Assembly (NCBI GenBank): GCA_016180955.1
Contig: JACPAD010000001.1
Span: 75,516-139,515 of the forward strand
Length of the DNA: 64,000 nucleotides
Direction: 5' to 3'
From: Candidatus Zambryskiibacteriota bacterium
GTDB taxonomy: Bacteria > Patescibacteriota > Minisyncoccia > Phycocordibacterales > Zambryskibacteraceae
Below the pieces are notes generated by a model that did not search any database, was not told where the DNA came from, and saw nothing but the letters and a program-made list of their open reading frames with translations. The translations under genes were made by a program, and so were the position numbers. Position 1 is the stretch's first letter, and every line of letters begins with the position of its first letter. Below are positions 28,643 through 38,738 of the stretch, piece after piece.

Positions 28643-30832
28643 TTATTTTTTTATTTGTGACAGAGGAATGCTAACATAGAAAATCGAGCCCTTGCCTTTA
28701 TCTGAAGCGACGGCTACTTTACCTTGATGCGCTTCCGCGATACCCTTAACGATAGCCAGACCGAGTCCAGTCCCTTTCTGGGCTGAAGTCCGGCTTTCTT
28801 CAAACTGCCTGAACTTGTTGAAAAGTTGCGGCAACTTTTCCTTAGAAATACCGTTACCGGTATCAGAGACGGCAATGGTCAGAGATTTGTCGGCAAGCGG
28901 CTCGAGGTTCAACGTATCTATATATTCAGGGAGACCTTCTTTCGCACCTGCCTTGGCCGGTGATACTCCCTCGGAGGTGATGTAGGCCCATAATTTAACC
29001 CTGCCCTGTTCCGCGCTAAATTTAAGAGAGTTTGACAAGAGATTATTTAAAACTTGATTTATTCTCATACCATCAAGCGAAACTTCCGGCGGCACATCGC
29101 CAGACGCGTAAAGTTCCAGGGTAATCTTCTTATCTTTAGCCACACCTTCAAAAAAGCGTGTTCTTTCTTCAAAAAGTTTCCGCAAGTCTGTCGGTTCAGG
29201 TTTTATTTCAAATTTGCCCGCCTCGATTTTTGCCACATCGAGAAGGTCGTTGACTAAAAGGAGCATTTGAGATGCATTGGTGTGAACAAGGCTAAGATAA
29301 GAACTCCGTCTGTCTGCTTTATCGATATCGCCGCCGCGAAGCGCTTCCATCAGCTTCTTGATAGCGTCGAGAGGCGAGCGTAATTCATGGACCATCATAG
29401 AGATAAAGTCTTCCCGCAAACGTTCTACTTCTTTCTCGTGAGTGATGTCGTGAAAGATGATTACGCTACCGAGGTTTTCCGAAATTATGGTCTCACGGCC
29501 TATAGGGTCGATAAATATTTGGTAGTAACTATCGTCGATAAGCACGCTTTCAAGTTGTATTATTGATTGTCTGTCCCGGCTTTCCTTGAGACCATTCTTT
29601 AGGTTAAGTGTTGACGGCAATTTTCGAGCGCACTCTTCAAGCGAGAGGGAGAAGCGGTCAGATACTTTAAAAAGACTGCGGGCAGTCTTATTGAGAACTC
29701 TAATTCTATGACTGTTGTCAACAAGCACGACGCCGTCATTCATACTTTCAACCATAGCGGCAAGATAAGTAAACGAACGGCGTACGATTCTTTCTCTCTC
29801 GGAAATTACGAGATACTGGGAAATGCTAGTTACCATGACAGTCGCAACGACTGCCATGGACGGGTAAAGCGGATCAAGAATGAGAAAGTTTGCGAAACCA
29901 ATCACTATGACTACTATGTAGAGCACAATAATCGCACCTAAAGTAAGAAGCAGCAGATAAAGTCTCCTGATATATATGCTCGAGAGCATAGCGAGGAAGA
30001 TCAGAATGATTATCGTCGCCACAGTAACCAACTTGCTGCTGTAATAGATTGAATCCTCCAAAACAGTATCGACCTTATTTGCCTGCGTCTCTACACCGCT
30101 AATAAATCCGAACGGAGTAAGTTGAAAGTTCCGCAAGTCGCTTGCCGTTACTCCTACCAGAATAACTTTCCCGTCAAAGAGCTCATCGATATCGGGATTA
30201 TCCAAAACATCTGTAAATGAAAAGGCCGGGTAAGTCTCGTTGCCGCCTCGATAATTTATTCGGATTGGCCCAGATGAGCCTGGCGGCGGCGGCTCAAGTA
30301 TACTCTTTCGGGTAAGCAGCGAGACGGCATAGGCGAAACTTGGCATGTTCTCTTGCCAGTAAACCATTTCACGCGTCTTCCCGTCGCTATCGATTAAGAC
30401 ATCAGAGAATCCGTAATAGGCATGGTCAAATATTGATAAAGTTTCTTGGCCGGCACTTCGAAAAGGCGCGGATAGCACCACTGGCGCGGCGCTCTGTTCG
30501 ATGGCTTGAGCAAGTTGTTGATCGTCTCTTTCTCCGAAGCGCGACGGTTCACGGAAACTGACGTCTATCCCTATGACCGACGCCTTTTCCAATCTGTTAA
30601 TAAGTTCGGCAAAAGTGGCCCGCGGCCAAGGCCACTGGCCTATTTTATTCAAGCTGCGGTCATCTATTTTGACAAGGACTATGTCGCTTCTCGGACTAGT
30701 TTCGAAAAAGAAAGCATCCTCAAGACTAAGCCTAGTTTCCGGAAAAGGATCGATTGATACGACTGCTGCAAAAAATAGAGAAATTAAGACCCAGATAAAT
30801 AAGTGCCTAAATTCGAACAATAACGAGTTCAT
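28643..30832 (-). CDS. CHASE2-PAS sensor histidine kinase
   Basis: IDDRSL..IGQWPWPR (CHASE2); HELRSPL H-box; N, D/G boxes (DTGNGI, GTGLGL). Confidence 0.95.
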   Translation of the reverse strand: MNSLLFEFRHLFIWVLISLFFAAVVSIDPFPETRLSLEDAFFFETSPRSDIVLVKIDDRSLNKIGQWPWPRATFAELINRLEKASVIGIDVSFREPSRFGERDDQQLAQAIEQSAAPVVLSAPFRSAGQETLSIFDHAYYGFSDVLIDSDGKTREMVYWQENMPSFAYAVSLLTRKSILEPPPPGSSGPIRINYRGGNETYPAFSFTDVLDNPDIDELFDGKVILVGVTASDLRNFQLTPFGFISGVETQANKVDTVLEDSIYYSSKLVTVATIIILIFLAMLSSIYIRRLYLLLLTLGAIIVLYIVVIVIGFANFLILDPLYPSMAVVATVMVTSISQYLVISERERIVRRSFTYLAAMVESMNDGVVLVDNSHRIRVLNKTARSLFKVSDRFSLSLEECARKLPSTLNLKNGLKESRDRQSIIQLESVLIDDSYYQIFIDPIGRETIISENLGSVIIFHDITHEKEVERLREDFISMMVHELRSPLDAIKKLMEALRGGDIDKADRRSSYLSLVHTNASQMLLLVNDLLDVAKIEAGKFEIKPEPTDLRKLFEERTRFFEGVAKDKKITLELYASGDVPPEVSLDGMRINQVLNNLLSNSLKFSAEQGRVKLWAYITSEGVSPAKAGAKEGLPEYIDTLNLEPLADKSLTIAVSDTGNGISKEKLPQLFNKFRQFEESRTSAQKGTGLGLAIVKGIAEAHQGKVAVASDKGKGSIFYVSIPLSQIKK

Positions 30833-32967
30833 CTTCCGCCGCCTCTATCGGAGGCTGGGATAGTTTGAATGGATGGGGCTGAATCGGGTATTCTGGGTAA
30901 GGCGCTCTCTGGAATAATTGTATTCGTCGGTGGTTCTGGTGTCTTCCGCTCTTCGAGCTCTCTCTCGCCAGAAGTTGGAGCCGGAGTTGGAATTTCAGTA
31001 GGTAATTCCAAAGGCAATTCTAATTCTCCGGATGGACGCTCGGTTTTCTTCTGTTCTACGAAACGCTCCAGCACTCTCATGCTCTCTGTCGGTGTGGGCG
31101 GCGGTTCAGGAGTTGGCTCTACTTCACTTGCGGAAATGGCTTGCTTTATCCCTCTCTCCGCTTCGGCCGGCACTTTCCTCGCTACATTCTCCAGAACTTT
31201 ATTATGCTGTGAGGTAGCCACGTCGACTAGTTCTTTTACGGTCGTGTCTCCGACTCGCAAACCGGCGGCGAGAGACGAAACGTCGGCGCCAAATTTAGCG
31301 TATTTCTCATATGTCATAACAAGCTCTTCAAAATTTTCTTGACCTGATTGGCCGCGTTCTTGTTCTTTTTGAATCTTATCGACAAGCTTTCCTGCCGACT
31401 GGGTGTATAAAGAGACGGCCCGTTCCGGATCCGTAAGCATTACATCTGCTATGGCAGTCAGCTGAATATCCACTACCCGATTCTTCACTGCTTTTACAGT
31501 TTGAGTAACTCCTGGAGACAAGGTCTCGGACACGCGACCAAGCATCTCCATAGTACCTAGATCTTTTGTCAACGAACCGGCAAATGAACTAAGCGAGTCT
31601 GGGTCATCTTCCACTAAAATGTCGAGACGTCTGTTCATCGCGTCGTAGGCTCGAAGAGTCCAGAAAACATTGAGCGAATCGAGGGAAGCGGCTTGTTCTT
31701 GAGCCCGTCTTAAAAATTGCTTCTGCGCTTCGACGCCAAGCTCGAGAGCTTTGTCAGGATTATCCTCCGCCAAAGCCGAGAGAGCAGTAAGACTACCCTG
31801 TTCGGAAGCGTGGAGAGCCTGCCTAAGGAAAGGTCTTGCCACCTCGGCGACTTTTCCATCTAAGTCGTCGATGAGTTGCGTATGCTTGACGCTAGCTTCT
31901 GCTAAAAGCGCCCGGACATCTTCAGATGCTTCAGTCGATGCTACTATGCCGATAAGCCGGCTATACTCCTTAAGAGGGACTTGGACCTTTTCACTGCCGA
32001 GAGCGGCAAGCTCTTGAGCTTCATTTAGACGTTCTTCGGCCAAAGCGAGCAGGCGGCTGGCTTTTCTGTCTTGATTAAGTGTTGTTGCCGTTGCCAGATT
32101 CTCAATAAATCTTTCCAGTCCGTAAAAGATTGGTTGCTCAGCTGTTATACCCGCGGAGGGTAAATCCGAGTTCAAAGCCTTCCGTGTTTCTACGTTCGCC
32201 ATGAGCCGGCTGACAGCGGTAGAATGAGCGGTGATACGCTGGATTGCTTCTTCTCTCCCAAGCGCCCCCACTCTCACTTGGTCTGTAACCAGACCTGCTC
32301 CGTCTCTTCTTACACTTGCTTGTTCGCCTGCCGCGACGGTAAATTGAGATGTGCTTCCGATCGGAGCCTCCGCACCCAGCGCCACTTCACCACTCAAGAC
32401 AGTTATCGCAATCGTCTCGCCTTGCGCTTCTATCTCAAATTCAGTGCCCCGAACCGAGGTCACCAATCCGCCCGACCGGACCTCGTATTTCTCCTCTTCT
32501 TTCAGCAGACGCTCCAGTCTTGTCCATATGCCGCCGGCCAGAAGATGTAAGCGAGAACTGTTGCCCCCTTCTTCCAGAGATTCTATAACCACTTGAGTGT
32601 CAGGTCCCAGTATGGTCAAAGCGCCATTCGGATAAACCAAAGCCGCTTCACCGGTTCTCGAAGTTCTTAACTCCATTCCCGCTTTAACTTCCAATGCTTT
32701 TTCCACTCGCATTTCTTCTCTGCCGGTAGCCGGTACAACAAAAGTATCCGGATTAATGGCTATAATCACTGCTGAAAGAGGGACGCTCTTGTATGAAAGG
32801 GTGTCCCGGTTACGTTCGATTAAAACAGCGACGACAGCAGTGCCGAGAAACAGCAAGATTATGACAATCGCTATAAAAAAAGCGCCGCCGCGATACGAAG
32901 TTTGCGGTCCAGGAAACTGACTAGGATTCGTCGAGATATTTATCGGTTCTGCCTCTGTCGGTTCCAT
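30829..32967 (-). CDS. FecR domain + DUF5667-like helical membrane protein
   Basis: TM, then SVRGTEF FecR motif; IFYGLERFIE..L...LAEERLNEA. Confidence 0.8.
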   Translation of the reverse strand: MEPTEAEPINISTNPSQFPGPQTSYRGGAFFIAIVIILLFLGTAVVAVLIERNRDTLSYKSVPLSAVIIAINPDTFVVPATGREEMRVEKALEVKAGMELRTSRTGEAALVYPNGALTILGPDTQVVIESLEEGGNSSRLHLLAGGIWTRLERLLKEEEKYEVRSGGLVTSVRGTEFEIEAQGETIAITVLSGEVALGAEAPIGSTSQFTVAAGEQASVRRDGAGLVTDQVRVGALGREEAIQRITAHSTAVSRLMANVETRKALNSDLPSAGITAEQPIFYGLERFIENLATATTLNQDRKASRLLALAEERLNEAQELAALGSEKVQVPLKEYSRLIGIVASTEASEDVRALLAEASVKHTQLIDDLDGKVAEVARPFLRQALHASEQGSLTALSALAEDNPDKALELGVEAQKQFLRRAQEQAASLDSLNVFWTLRAYDAMNRRLDILVEDDPDSLSSFAGSLTKDLGTMEMLGRVSETLSPGVTQTVKAVKNRVVDIQLTAIADVMLTDPERAVSLYTQSAGKLVDKIQKEQERGQSGQENFEELVMTYEKYAKFGADVSSLAAGLRVGDTTVKELVDVATSQHNKVLENVARKVPAEAERGIKQAISASEVEPTPEPPPTPTESMRVLERFVEQKKTERPSGELELPLELPTEIPTPAPTSGERELEERKTPEPPTNTIIPESALPRIPDSAPSIQTIPASDRGGGR

Positions 32968-32983
32968 GTCTCTGTCAGTTATA

Positions 32984-33364
32984 TTATTTATAGAGCCGTT
33001 TCTTTACCTGCTCCACCATATATTCGATCGGGTGCTCACTCTTGATAAAGTAGCCTAAGGCATGCTTCGAGGCCGCCTTCGCAATAGTATCCATGTCGCT
33101 CATCTGGGTAAGCATAAATATCGGCACGTTATCTCCGAGTTCTTTGTACAACTCATCTAAAATTTCAATACCGTCTCGTCCCGGCATCTTGATGTCAAGT
33201 AAGACAATATCAGGATGCTCCTCTTTCGCTAATCTTAGCGCCTCATTGCCATCCTTAGCTTGCAGCACTAGAAAACCGGCGTCGACAAGACCGTTGGCTA
33301 AAAGCATTCTATAAGCTTCTTCATCATCGGCGATTAAAATTTTTTTTACTGTTTCTTCTGTCAT
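32984..33364 (-). CDS. Single-domain response regulator
   Basis: ILIADDE, LLDIKMP, FMLT, YFIK. Confidence 0.93.
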   Translation of the reverse strand: MTEETVKKILIADDEEAYRMLLANGLVDAGFLVLQAKDGNEALRLAKEEHPDIVLLDIKMPGRDGIEILDELYKELGDNVPIFMLTQMSDMDTIAKAASKHALGYFIKSEHPIEYMVEQVKKRLYK

Positions 33365-33484
33365 TCTTGGAAATAAATTACTAACAACTTAATAAATATA
33401 ATACCACTAACGTCCGGCAACTTAGGCGCACTTATCCACAGCTGTGCCAATTAACCGGCGCACTCCTCCCCGTATTTAAATAGA

Positions 33485-33682
33485 TTAGCCCTTATCCTCG
33501 AACTCGCTAGTGTCGATGTCATCTCCGGAATCTTGAGTATCTTCTGAAGATTGATTCAGGTCATCTAGAGCGCCACCCACCTGTGCTTCCTGACCGCCTA
33601 CCGGCTCGGAGCCGTTTCTAGTCCATGCCCAGATCCCCCACGCGACGAGTGCAATGATAATAATCCAAATTATAACTTTCAT
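33485..33682 (-). CDS. Small membrane-anchored acidic protein
   Basis: N-terminal TM, acidic tail. Confidence 0.6.
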   Translation of the reverse strand: MKVIIWIIIIALVAWGIWAWTRNGSEPVGGQEAQVGGALDDLNQSSEDTQDSGDDIDTSEFEDKG

Positions 33683-33712
33683 ATTTATTTTATAGATGTT
33701 CTTAAACTTAAA

Positions 33713-34342
33713 CTATGTCAGCTCGGCCTTGGCTTTCTCCAGTAACTCTACCACTTCTCTGTCAGTGGTTTGAGGAAAGTCCTCGTACCATTCTCCGACG
33801 GCAACGAAGTTGTCGGCCTCATTTAAGCATACAACATCCACTAGGTTACGCAACGCCTCGGCAGTATCCTTGGCGCAGACCGGAGCGGCAAAAATTAGTT
33901 TAAGCGGTTTATATTGGAGGAGTGCTGACTCAATTGCCGCTCTGGCCGTCACACCTGTAGCTAAGCCGTCATCGACGATTATCACGGTCTTAGCAGGAAT
34001 ATTTTTGGCGAATTCTCCGCTCCGATAGCGGAGAATTCGCCTCTTCATCTCGTCTTTTTCCTGTTTAATGACGGGGCCAAGCTCTTCTCTGTTTATATCT
34101 TTACCGAGTATGAGTACATCATTTGGAGCGACCGCTCCAACGCCGAATTCCGGATTGGACGGCGAGCCAATTTTTCTTGCTACAAGCGTATCAAGCGGCG
34201 CCTCGAGAGCTTGAACCACCTCATAAGCGACCGGCACTCCGCCTCGCGGCAGTGCCAGTATCAGAGGTTTTTCCTCTTTGTAACCCAACAATTTCTGCGC
34301 AAGAAGTTTTCCCGCCTCTTTTCTGTTTTTAAATTTTCGCAC
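33713..34342 (-). CDS. Phosphoribosyltransferase family protein
   Basis: LALPRGGVPV, VDDGLATG; GTG start. Confidence 0.92.
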   Translation of the reverse strand: MRKFKNRKEAGKLLAQKLLGYKEEKPLILALPRGGVPVAYEVVQALEAPLDTLVARKIGSPSNPEFGVGAVAPNDVLILGKDINREELGPVIKQEKDEMKRRILRYRSGEFAKNIPAKTVIIVDDGLATGVTARAAIESALLQYKPLKLIFAAPVCAKDTAEALRNLVDVVCLNEADNFVAVGEWYEDFPQTTDREVVELLEKAKAELT

Positions 34343-34353
34343 TTAGAATAATT

Positions 34354-34890
34354 TTATTTTACACCAAACACAACATGGACTCTATCAACTTCAAACGGTT
34401 CTTTAGAATGAGAGAATGAGATTTTTACCGTATTGAAGGCGCCCTTGATTTTCTTAGCCAGCCTGTCTGCCAGTTGATTTTCCGTAGTGGTAATTCTCCA
34501 ACCCGCTTGCGTCTTCTCGAGAGTTATGATTCTGTCTTGCGGGTCTCTTTTCAGAGCCTCCTTTTCAAAGTTCTTAATCAGGTTAAGCAAAACCTTTCTA
34601 TGTTCTTTAAGAAAGTCGTCTATGAAAACTTCTCCCTCAAATACTCGCTCTTTTATCATCGTGCAGGCAGGACAGCGCTCTTTGCGGGAAACTTTAATCT
34701 TCAAAGGCGGATTTTTCAAATGCGACTTTACCGCACTTGCCGAGCGATACCAGCGCTTTCTGAACTTGACGTTACCGCAATCAGGGCATTCCGAAATACC
34801 CGCGCCCTCGCGGCCATATTCCTCACGTTGAGCCTCGCGATCGCGTTGCGGCAGCTTTATCGAACTAGGTTTTCTAAATATCCGCGCCAT
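34354..34890 (-). CDS. BCAM0308-like Zn-binding protein
   Basis: CPDC..W..CPAC..G.V, ITTTENQLA.RL. Confidence 0.75.
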   Translation of the reverse strand: MARIFRKPSSIKLPQRDREAQREEYGREGAGISECPDCGNVKFRKRWYRSASAVKSHLKNPPLKIKVSRKERCPACTMIKERVFEGEVFIDDFLKEHRKVLLNLIKNFEKEALKRDPQDRIITLEKTQAGWRITTTENQLADRLAKKIKGAFNTVKISFSHSKEPFEVDRVHVVFGVK

Positions 34891-34912
34891 CTTTTATATT
34901 TTTATAGACATT

Positions 34913-35527
34913 TTAGCTTGAAGTTAATTCCAGCAGAGCCTCTAGAGCAGATGGCAAGTTATCAATTCCATCACTTCCACTAAAATGGCCCTTGTTATTT
35001 TCTACAATAATTTTTGCGCCCAATTTTTCTTTGAAGATCTCTGCATCACTTAATGGAACTAATGAATCATTATCGGAGAATATAGCTATAAATTTCTTTG
35101 TATGATATTTAATCTTTGCCCAATTTATTGGAGTTTCCAACCAAGACTTCGCAATTTCTGCGTCTTCCGCGTCATCATAAGCTTCATTAGTTAAGTTGAC
35201 CCACCCGGCAAGAAACACGGCTCCACCGATTTTTACATTATCAGGAAGATTTTCTAAGTATCTTAAAATAGTTTGTACTCCGATAGAGTGCCCAAACAGG
35301 TAAGTATTTTCGTCTGGAGTTCCAATTAAATTATTAAGAAATGAGACCCAGGTCTCAATTTCCGGCCTTAAGGGATTCGGCATAGCGGGGTTAAATACTT
35401 GGAAGCCTTTAGTTTGAAGTTCTTTCTTTAACCATGGAAAACAGCCTTCTTCTGGATGCCCACCCCAACCATGAATGATAAAGACTCTTTTCATATCAGA
35501 AACTGATAGTTTATTTATATCCACCAT
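34913..35527 (-). CDS. RBBP9/YdeN alpha/beta hydrolase
   Basis: IIHGWGG, GHSIG, SDND.LV, GHF; start possibly 35494. Confidence 0.9.
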   Translation of the reverse strand: MVDINKLSVSDMKRVFIIHGWGGHPEEGCFPWLKKELQTKGFQVFNPAMPNPLRPEIETWVSFLNNLIGTPDENTYLFGHSIGVQTILRYLENLPDNVKIGGAVFLAGWVNLTNEAYDDAEDAEIAKSWLETPINWAKIKYHTKKFIAIFSDNDSLVPLSDAEIFKEKLGAKIIVENNKGHFSGSDGIDNLPSALEALLELTSS

Positions 35528-36251
35528 CTACTACAATGATCGAGCCTGTTATAAAACTGGCATCTTCTGATGATAGGAATAAAACTGCTTTAGCAATTTC
35601 CTCTGGACGACCAAACCTACCTAAAGCAATTTTTTCTGTTTCACTCTTAATAAACTCTTTCGGTAAATTTTTGTTTATTTCTGTATCAACCCAGCCCGGG
35701 GCTACGGAATTAACTCTAATATGAGGCGCAAGAGCTTGTGATAAATTTTTGGTCAAACTTATCATTCCTGCTTTGGAGGCATCATAGTCAGTAGAGTCCG
35801 GACTAAGGGTATCAATACCATTTGTAGAGGAAATGTTGGTTATGGATACTCCTTGCCTGTTTTCCATATGAGGAATAGCGTATTTAGCGCACAGAAAAGC
35901 TCCGATTAAGTTTACTCTTAGTGTTCGTTCCCATTGCTCGACAGTTTTTGTAAATACCGGAATATCCCATACAATACCGGCATTGTTAATGAGGATATCA
36001 ATCGCCCCAAACTTCTTTACAGTTTCTTCGACCATTCTTTTGACATCGTCTTCACTTGCCACATCCGCTTGAATAACAAGGACTTCACCACCTAGATTTT
36101 TGATCTCTGTTGCCGTCTTTTCAGCCGCAACTTTATTTTTTACATAATTTATTACTACCTTGGCCCCCTCTTGTGCAAAAGCAATTGCTGTTACCTTGCC
36201 AATCCCCCGACTCGAGCCTGTAATCAATACAACTTTATTTTTGAATTTCAT
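35511..36251 (-). CDS. Short-chain dehydrogenase/reductase (FabG-like)
   Basis: TGSSRGIG, NNAG, YDASK, VAPG. Confidence 0.93.
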   Translation of the reverse strand: MKFKNKVVLITGSSRGIGKVTAIAFAQEGAKVVINYVKNKVAAEKTATEIKNLGGEVLVIQADVASEDDVKRMVEETVKKFGAIDILINNAGIVWDIPVFTKTVEQWERTLRVNLIGAFLCAKYAIPHMENRQGVSITNISSTNGIDTLSPDSTDYDASKAGMISLTKNLSQALAPHIRVNSVAPGWVDTEINKNLPKEFIKSETEKIALGRFGRPEEIAKAVLFLSSEDASFITGSIIVVDGGYK

Positions 36252-36255
36252 AATA

Positions 36256-36699
36256 TTAAATTATATAATTTTTCTTATCCCACCCATAATTTTCTGTATC
36301 GAGTAAATCGATTTTATTTGGACGAAGCACATACCACGAGTGTCCCTCCAATACATCTTTATCTTCTTCAGGCGCAGGGTCGCCGTTCTTGGCACAATAT
36401 TTAACTACCAAGTCATAACTTAGTGTGTCGAGCTTCTCTGCCTTACCAGAAAACTGGATGCCCAGCTCTGGTTTCTCTCCATAACTTGTAACGGTAATGG
36501 TACCGGCAGCTTGGCCGTTCTTCTCTATCGCTTGGGAATGCCTCACATCCGGATAGGACATCCAGTAAATATTGAGGTCTTCATCATAGATATAGATCAC
36601 GTCCGCCACCCAAACTCCACCCTCATCTTGAGTCGCGAGACTCATTAGGTATCCTCGGCTCAAAACCTCCATAATTTTAGTTTTTATATCCATATTCAC
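36256..36699 (-). CDS. Pyridoxamine 5'-phosphate oxidase-like FMN-binding protein
   Basis: MSLAT..G.W.A.V, RHSQ.I..N, GIQFSG. Confidence 0.8.
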   Translation of the reverse strand: MNMDIKTKIMEVLSRGYLMSLATQDEGGVWVADVIYIYDEDLNIYWMSYPDVRHSQAIEKNGQAAGTITVTSYGEKPELGIQFSGKAEKLDTLSYDLVVKYCAKNGDPAPEEDKDVLEGHSWYVLRPNKIDLLDTENYGWDKKNYII

Positions 36700-37295
36700 A
36701 GTAGATTTTTTATATCCTCAAGAAGCTCTGGGAATTCAGGTTGATTTAGATGTTGTCTATCTTCAAAAACTCTCACCTGTGCATTCGGTAAGGCTTTTTG
36801 ATATTGCTCCAGAGCAGAAAATGGAACAACCGGATCATCTTTACTGTGATAGAGATAAATTTTATCTGTTTGTAGATTTATAATTTCTGGAAGCGAAAAA
36901 CTTAGTACGGGATAACCCTCACAATCTTTGTCATAGACTGCGCCCACAAGCATTACAGCTCTAATTTTTCTAGGAAACTGATTTAGAGACAAGTACTTAG
37001 CCAAGAAAACTCCTCCTAAAGAGTGGCCTATCAAGATTACTTCGTCATTTAGAAAAGGGATAAATTTTTCAAGCCAAAGTTTCCACTCCTCATACCGGGC
37101 ATTTGTCTTATTGGGCATCTGCGGAGTGATAACTTCATAATCATCTTGAAGCGTTTTTCTTATCCACGGTTTCCAGTCGTCTTTGTCGGTTTTATACCTT
37201 TCAATATCAATCTCGTATTTGCGCAGGAAATTAAGATAAGCCTCTTGTGTCGCAAAGGTATCCCCGCCGTGAATTATCACTATCTGCCTTTTCAT
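36696..37295 (-). CDS. RBBP9/YdeN alpha/beta hydrolase
   Basis: IIHGG, GHSLG, HSKDDPVVP, H. Confidence 0.9.
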   Translation of the reverse strand: MKRQIVIIHGGDTFATQEAYLNFLRKYEIDIERYKTDKDDWKPWIRKTLQDDYEVITPQMPNKTNARYEEWKLWLEKFIPFLNDEVILIGHSLGGVFLAKYLSLNQFPRKIRAVMLVGAVYDKDCEGYPVLSFSLPEIINLQTDKIYLYHSKDDPVVPFSALEQYQKALPNAQVRVFEDRQHLNQPEFPELLEDIKNLL

Positions 37296-37327
37296 ACCGA
37301 TACTGTAAATATAGCAAATTATTCACT

Positions 37328-37421
37328 TTATAGCCCTCTAAATTCACCCTTAAAAACTCCAGTTTTTAAGGGTGTTATAGCCCTCTAAATTCACCCTTAA
37401 AAACTCCAGTTTTTAAGGGTG
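37328..37421. repeat. Exact 47-bp tandem duplication containing a hairpin
   Basis: (ttatagccctctaaattcacccttaaaaactccagtttttaagggtg) x2. Confidence 0.95.
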
Positions 37422-37889
37422 GTTTAGAGTACGGAGATCGGAGAGGACTTCGGAAGCGTGTTTGGGCGGCTTCACATTTTCATAAACTTTTTTGATTTTG
37501 CCATCCGGTCCGATGAGGAATGAGGTCCTGCGGACGCCCATATACTTCTTCCCTGCCATATTCTTCTCTCCCCAGACCCCATATTTTTTAATTATCTTTT
37601 TATCTTCGTCTGAGAGAAGTACGAACGGCAGGTCATAAGTATCCGCAAATTTCCTGTGACTCTCCACAGAGTCTTTCGAAACTCCCAGCACTATAGCTTT
37701 TATCTTTTTAAAATCCTGGAACTGGTCGCGGATAGTACAAGCCTCAACCGTACACCCCGGCGTATCATCCTTCGGATAGAAATACAACAACACCCACTTG
37801 CCCTTGTAGTCCGAGAGCTTATGAGTCTTCCCGTCTTGGTCCGGAAGTGAGAAATTTGGAGCTTTGGAATTAAGTTTAGGTAATGGCAT
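37413..37889 (-). CDS. bcp: Thioredoxin-dependent peroxiredoxin Bcp
   Basis: YFYPKDDTPGCTVEAC, RTSFLI. Confidence 0.95.
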   Translation of the reverse strand: MPLPKLNSKAPNFSLPDQDGKTHKLSDYKGKWVLLYFYPKDDTPGCTVEACTIRDQFQDFKKIKAIVLGVSKDSVESHRKFADTYDLPFVLLSDEDKKIIKKYGVWGEKNMAGKKYMGVRRTSFLIGPDGKIKKVYENVKPPKHASEVLSDLRTLNHP

Positions 37890-37968
37890 GCTGTAATACT
37901 ACTATATAGGTTGCGTTAATTGTATATGGCGTCTAGAATCGAATGCAGACACAATAGGAGGCTGGACG

Positions 37969-38466
37969 ATGGAATTCAAAGAGCTTTTACAGGTAGGCGA
38001 GCATGAGACTCTAAATTTCTTCTTCGCCGGCCTTTATAAGAAAGTTCCGGCGGGAGTAGTCACGCGAGACGAGACCGTCCATGTAGCGAGCGTGCTCGCT
38101 AGCGGCTCTCTGACATCCCGCTACGATACCGAGTCGATTCCAACCCTCACAGACCTTTCCGAAGTCTTCGACGAGTTTTTCATCAAGCTGAAAGACAGCT
38201 TCGATCAAGAACTTCTCGAGATGGCCGGCGCTCAGATTCTCTTACTCAACGGCTTCTTCCGAGGCCAGATGAGGCGGCGACACAACGTGAGGTGGTACGA
38301 CAAGATAGGTAGCGATTTCTACGAACGAGCGGCCGCCCACACTACCAGCGCCCGGCGCGGGACGCTCTTCTGCAACATGTCCAGAAACTTTCCCATCTGG
38401 ACCATGATTTGCTGGGAACTTAGCCAAGAGATGCGTGAGAGCAGATATCTCCTGTATCTAGAGTAG
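37969..38466 (+). CDS. Hypothetical protein (orphan cassette)
   Basis: AGGAGG SD; GFF..QMRRRHNVRWY; hairpin at 38473..38500. Confidence 0.8.
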   Translation: MEFKELLQVGEHETLNFFFAGLYKKVPAGVVTRDETVHVASVLASGSLTSRYDTESIPTLTDLSEVFDEFFIKLKDSFDQELLEMAGAQILLLNGFFRGQMRRRHNVRWYDKIGSDFYERAAAHTTSARRGTLFCNMSRNFPIWTMICWELSQEMRESRYLLYLE

Positions 38467-38472
38467 ACATTC

Positions 38473-38500
38473 GAGCCGCAGCGCGAAAGCGCTGCGGCTC
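38473..38500 (+). terminator. Hairpin terminator
   Basis: gagccgcagcgc-gaaa-gcgctgcggctc. Confidence 0.8.
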
Positions 38501-38528
38501 TTCAATTTAATTTATGGAAAAAACTTTG

Positions 38529-38599
38529 CTGCCGGGGAACGACTCGAACGTTCATACTCGCCTCCAAAGGGCGATGTCCTACCATTAGACGACCCGGCA
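38529..38599 (-). tRNA. tRNA-Gln(TTG)
   Basis: Reverse complement: tgccggg..cccggca acceptor; tcgcc-ctTTGga-ggcga. Confidence 0.95.
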
Positions 38600-38738
38600 A
38601 TAAAGCACAATTTACCAGAAAAACCGTCAATTTTCTAGGATTTTAAAAACGAGGACCTAGATTGCTCGCAGAATACAAAACATACAGAACAAAAGCTATA
38701 AGCAGAAAAATAAATATCGTTTTTATCATATTTTTTTA

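Noticed and set aside
37328-37421. Possible mini-CRISPR
   Set aside because: Two adjacent units with no spacer, and no cas genes in the window.
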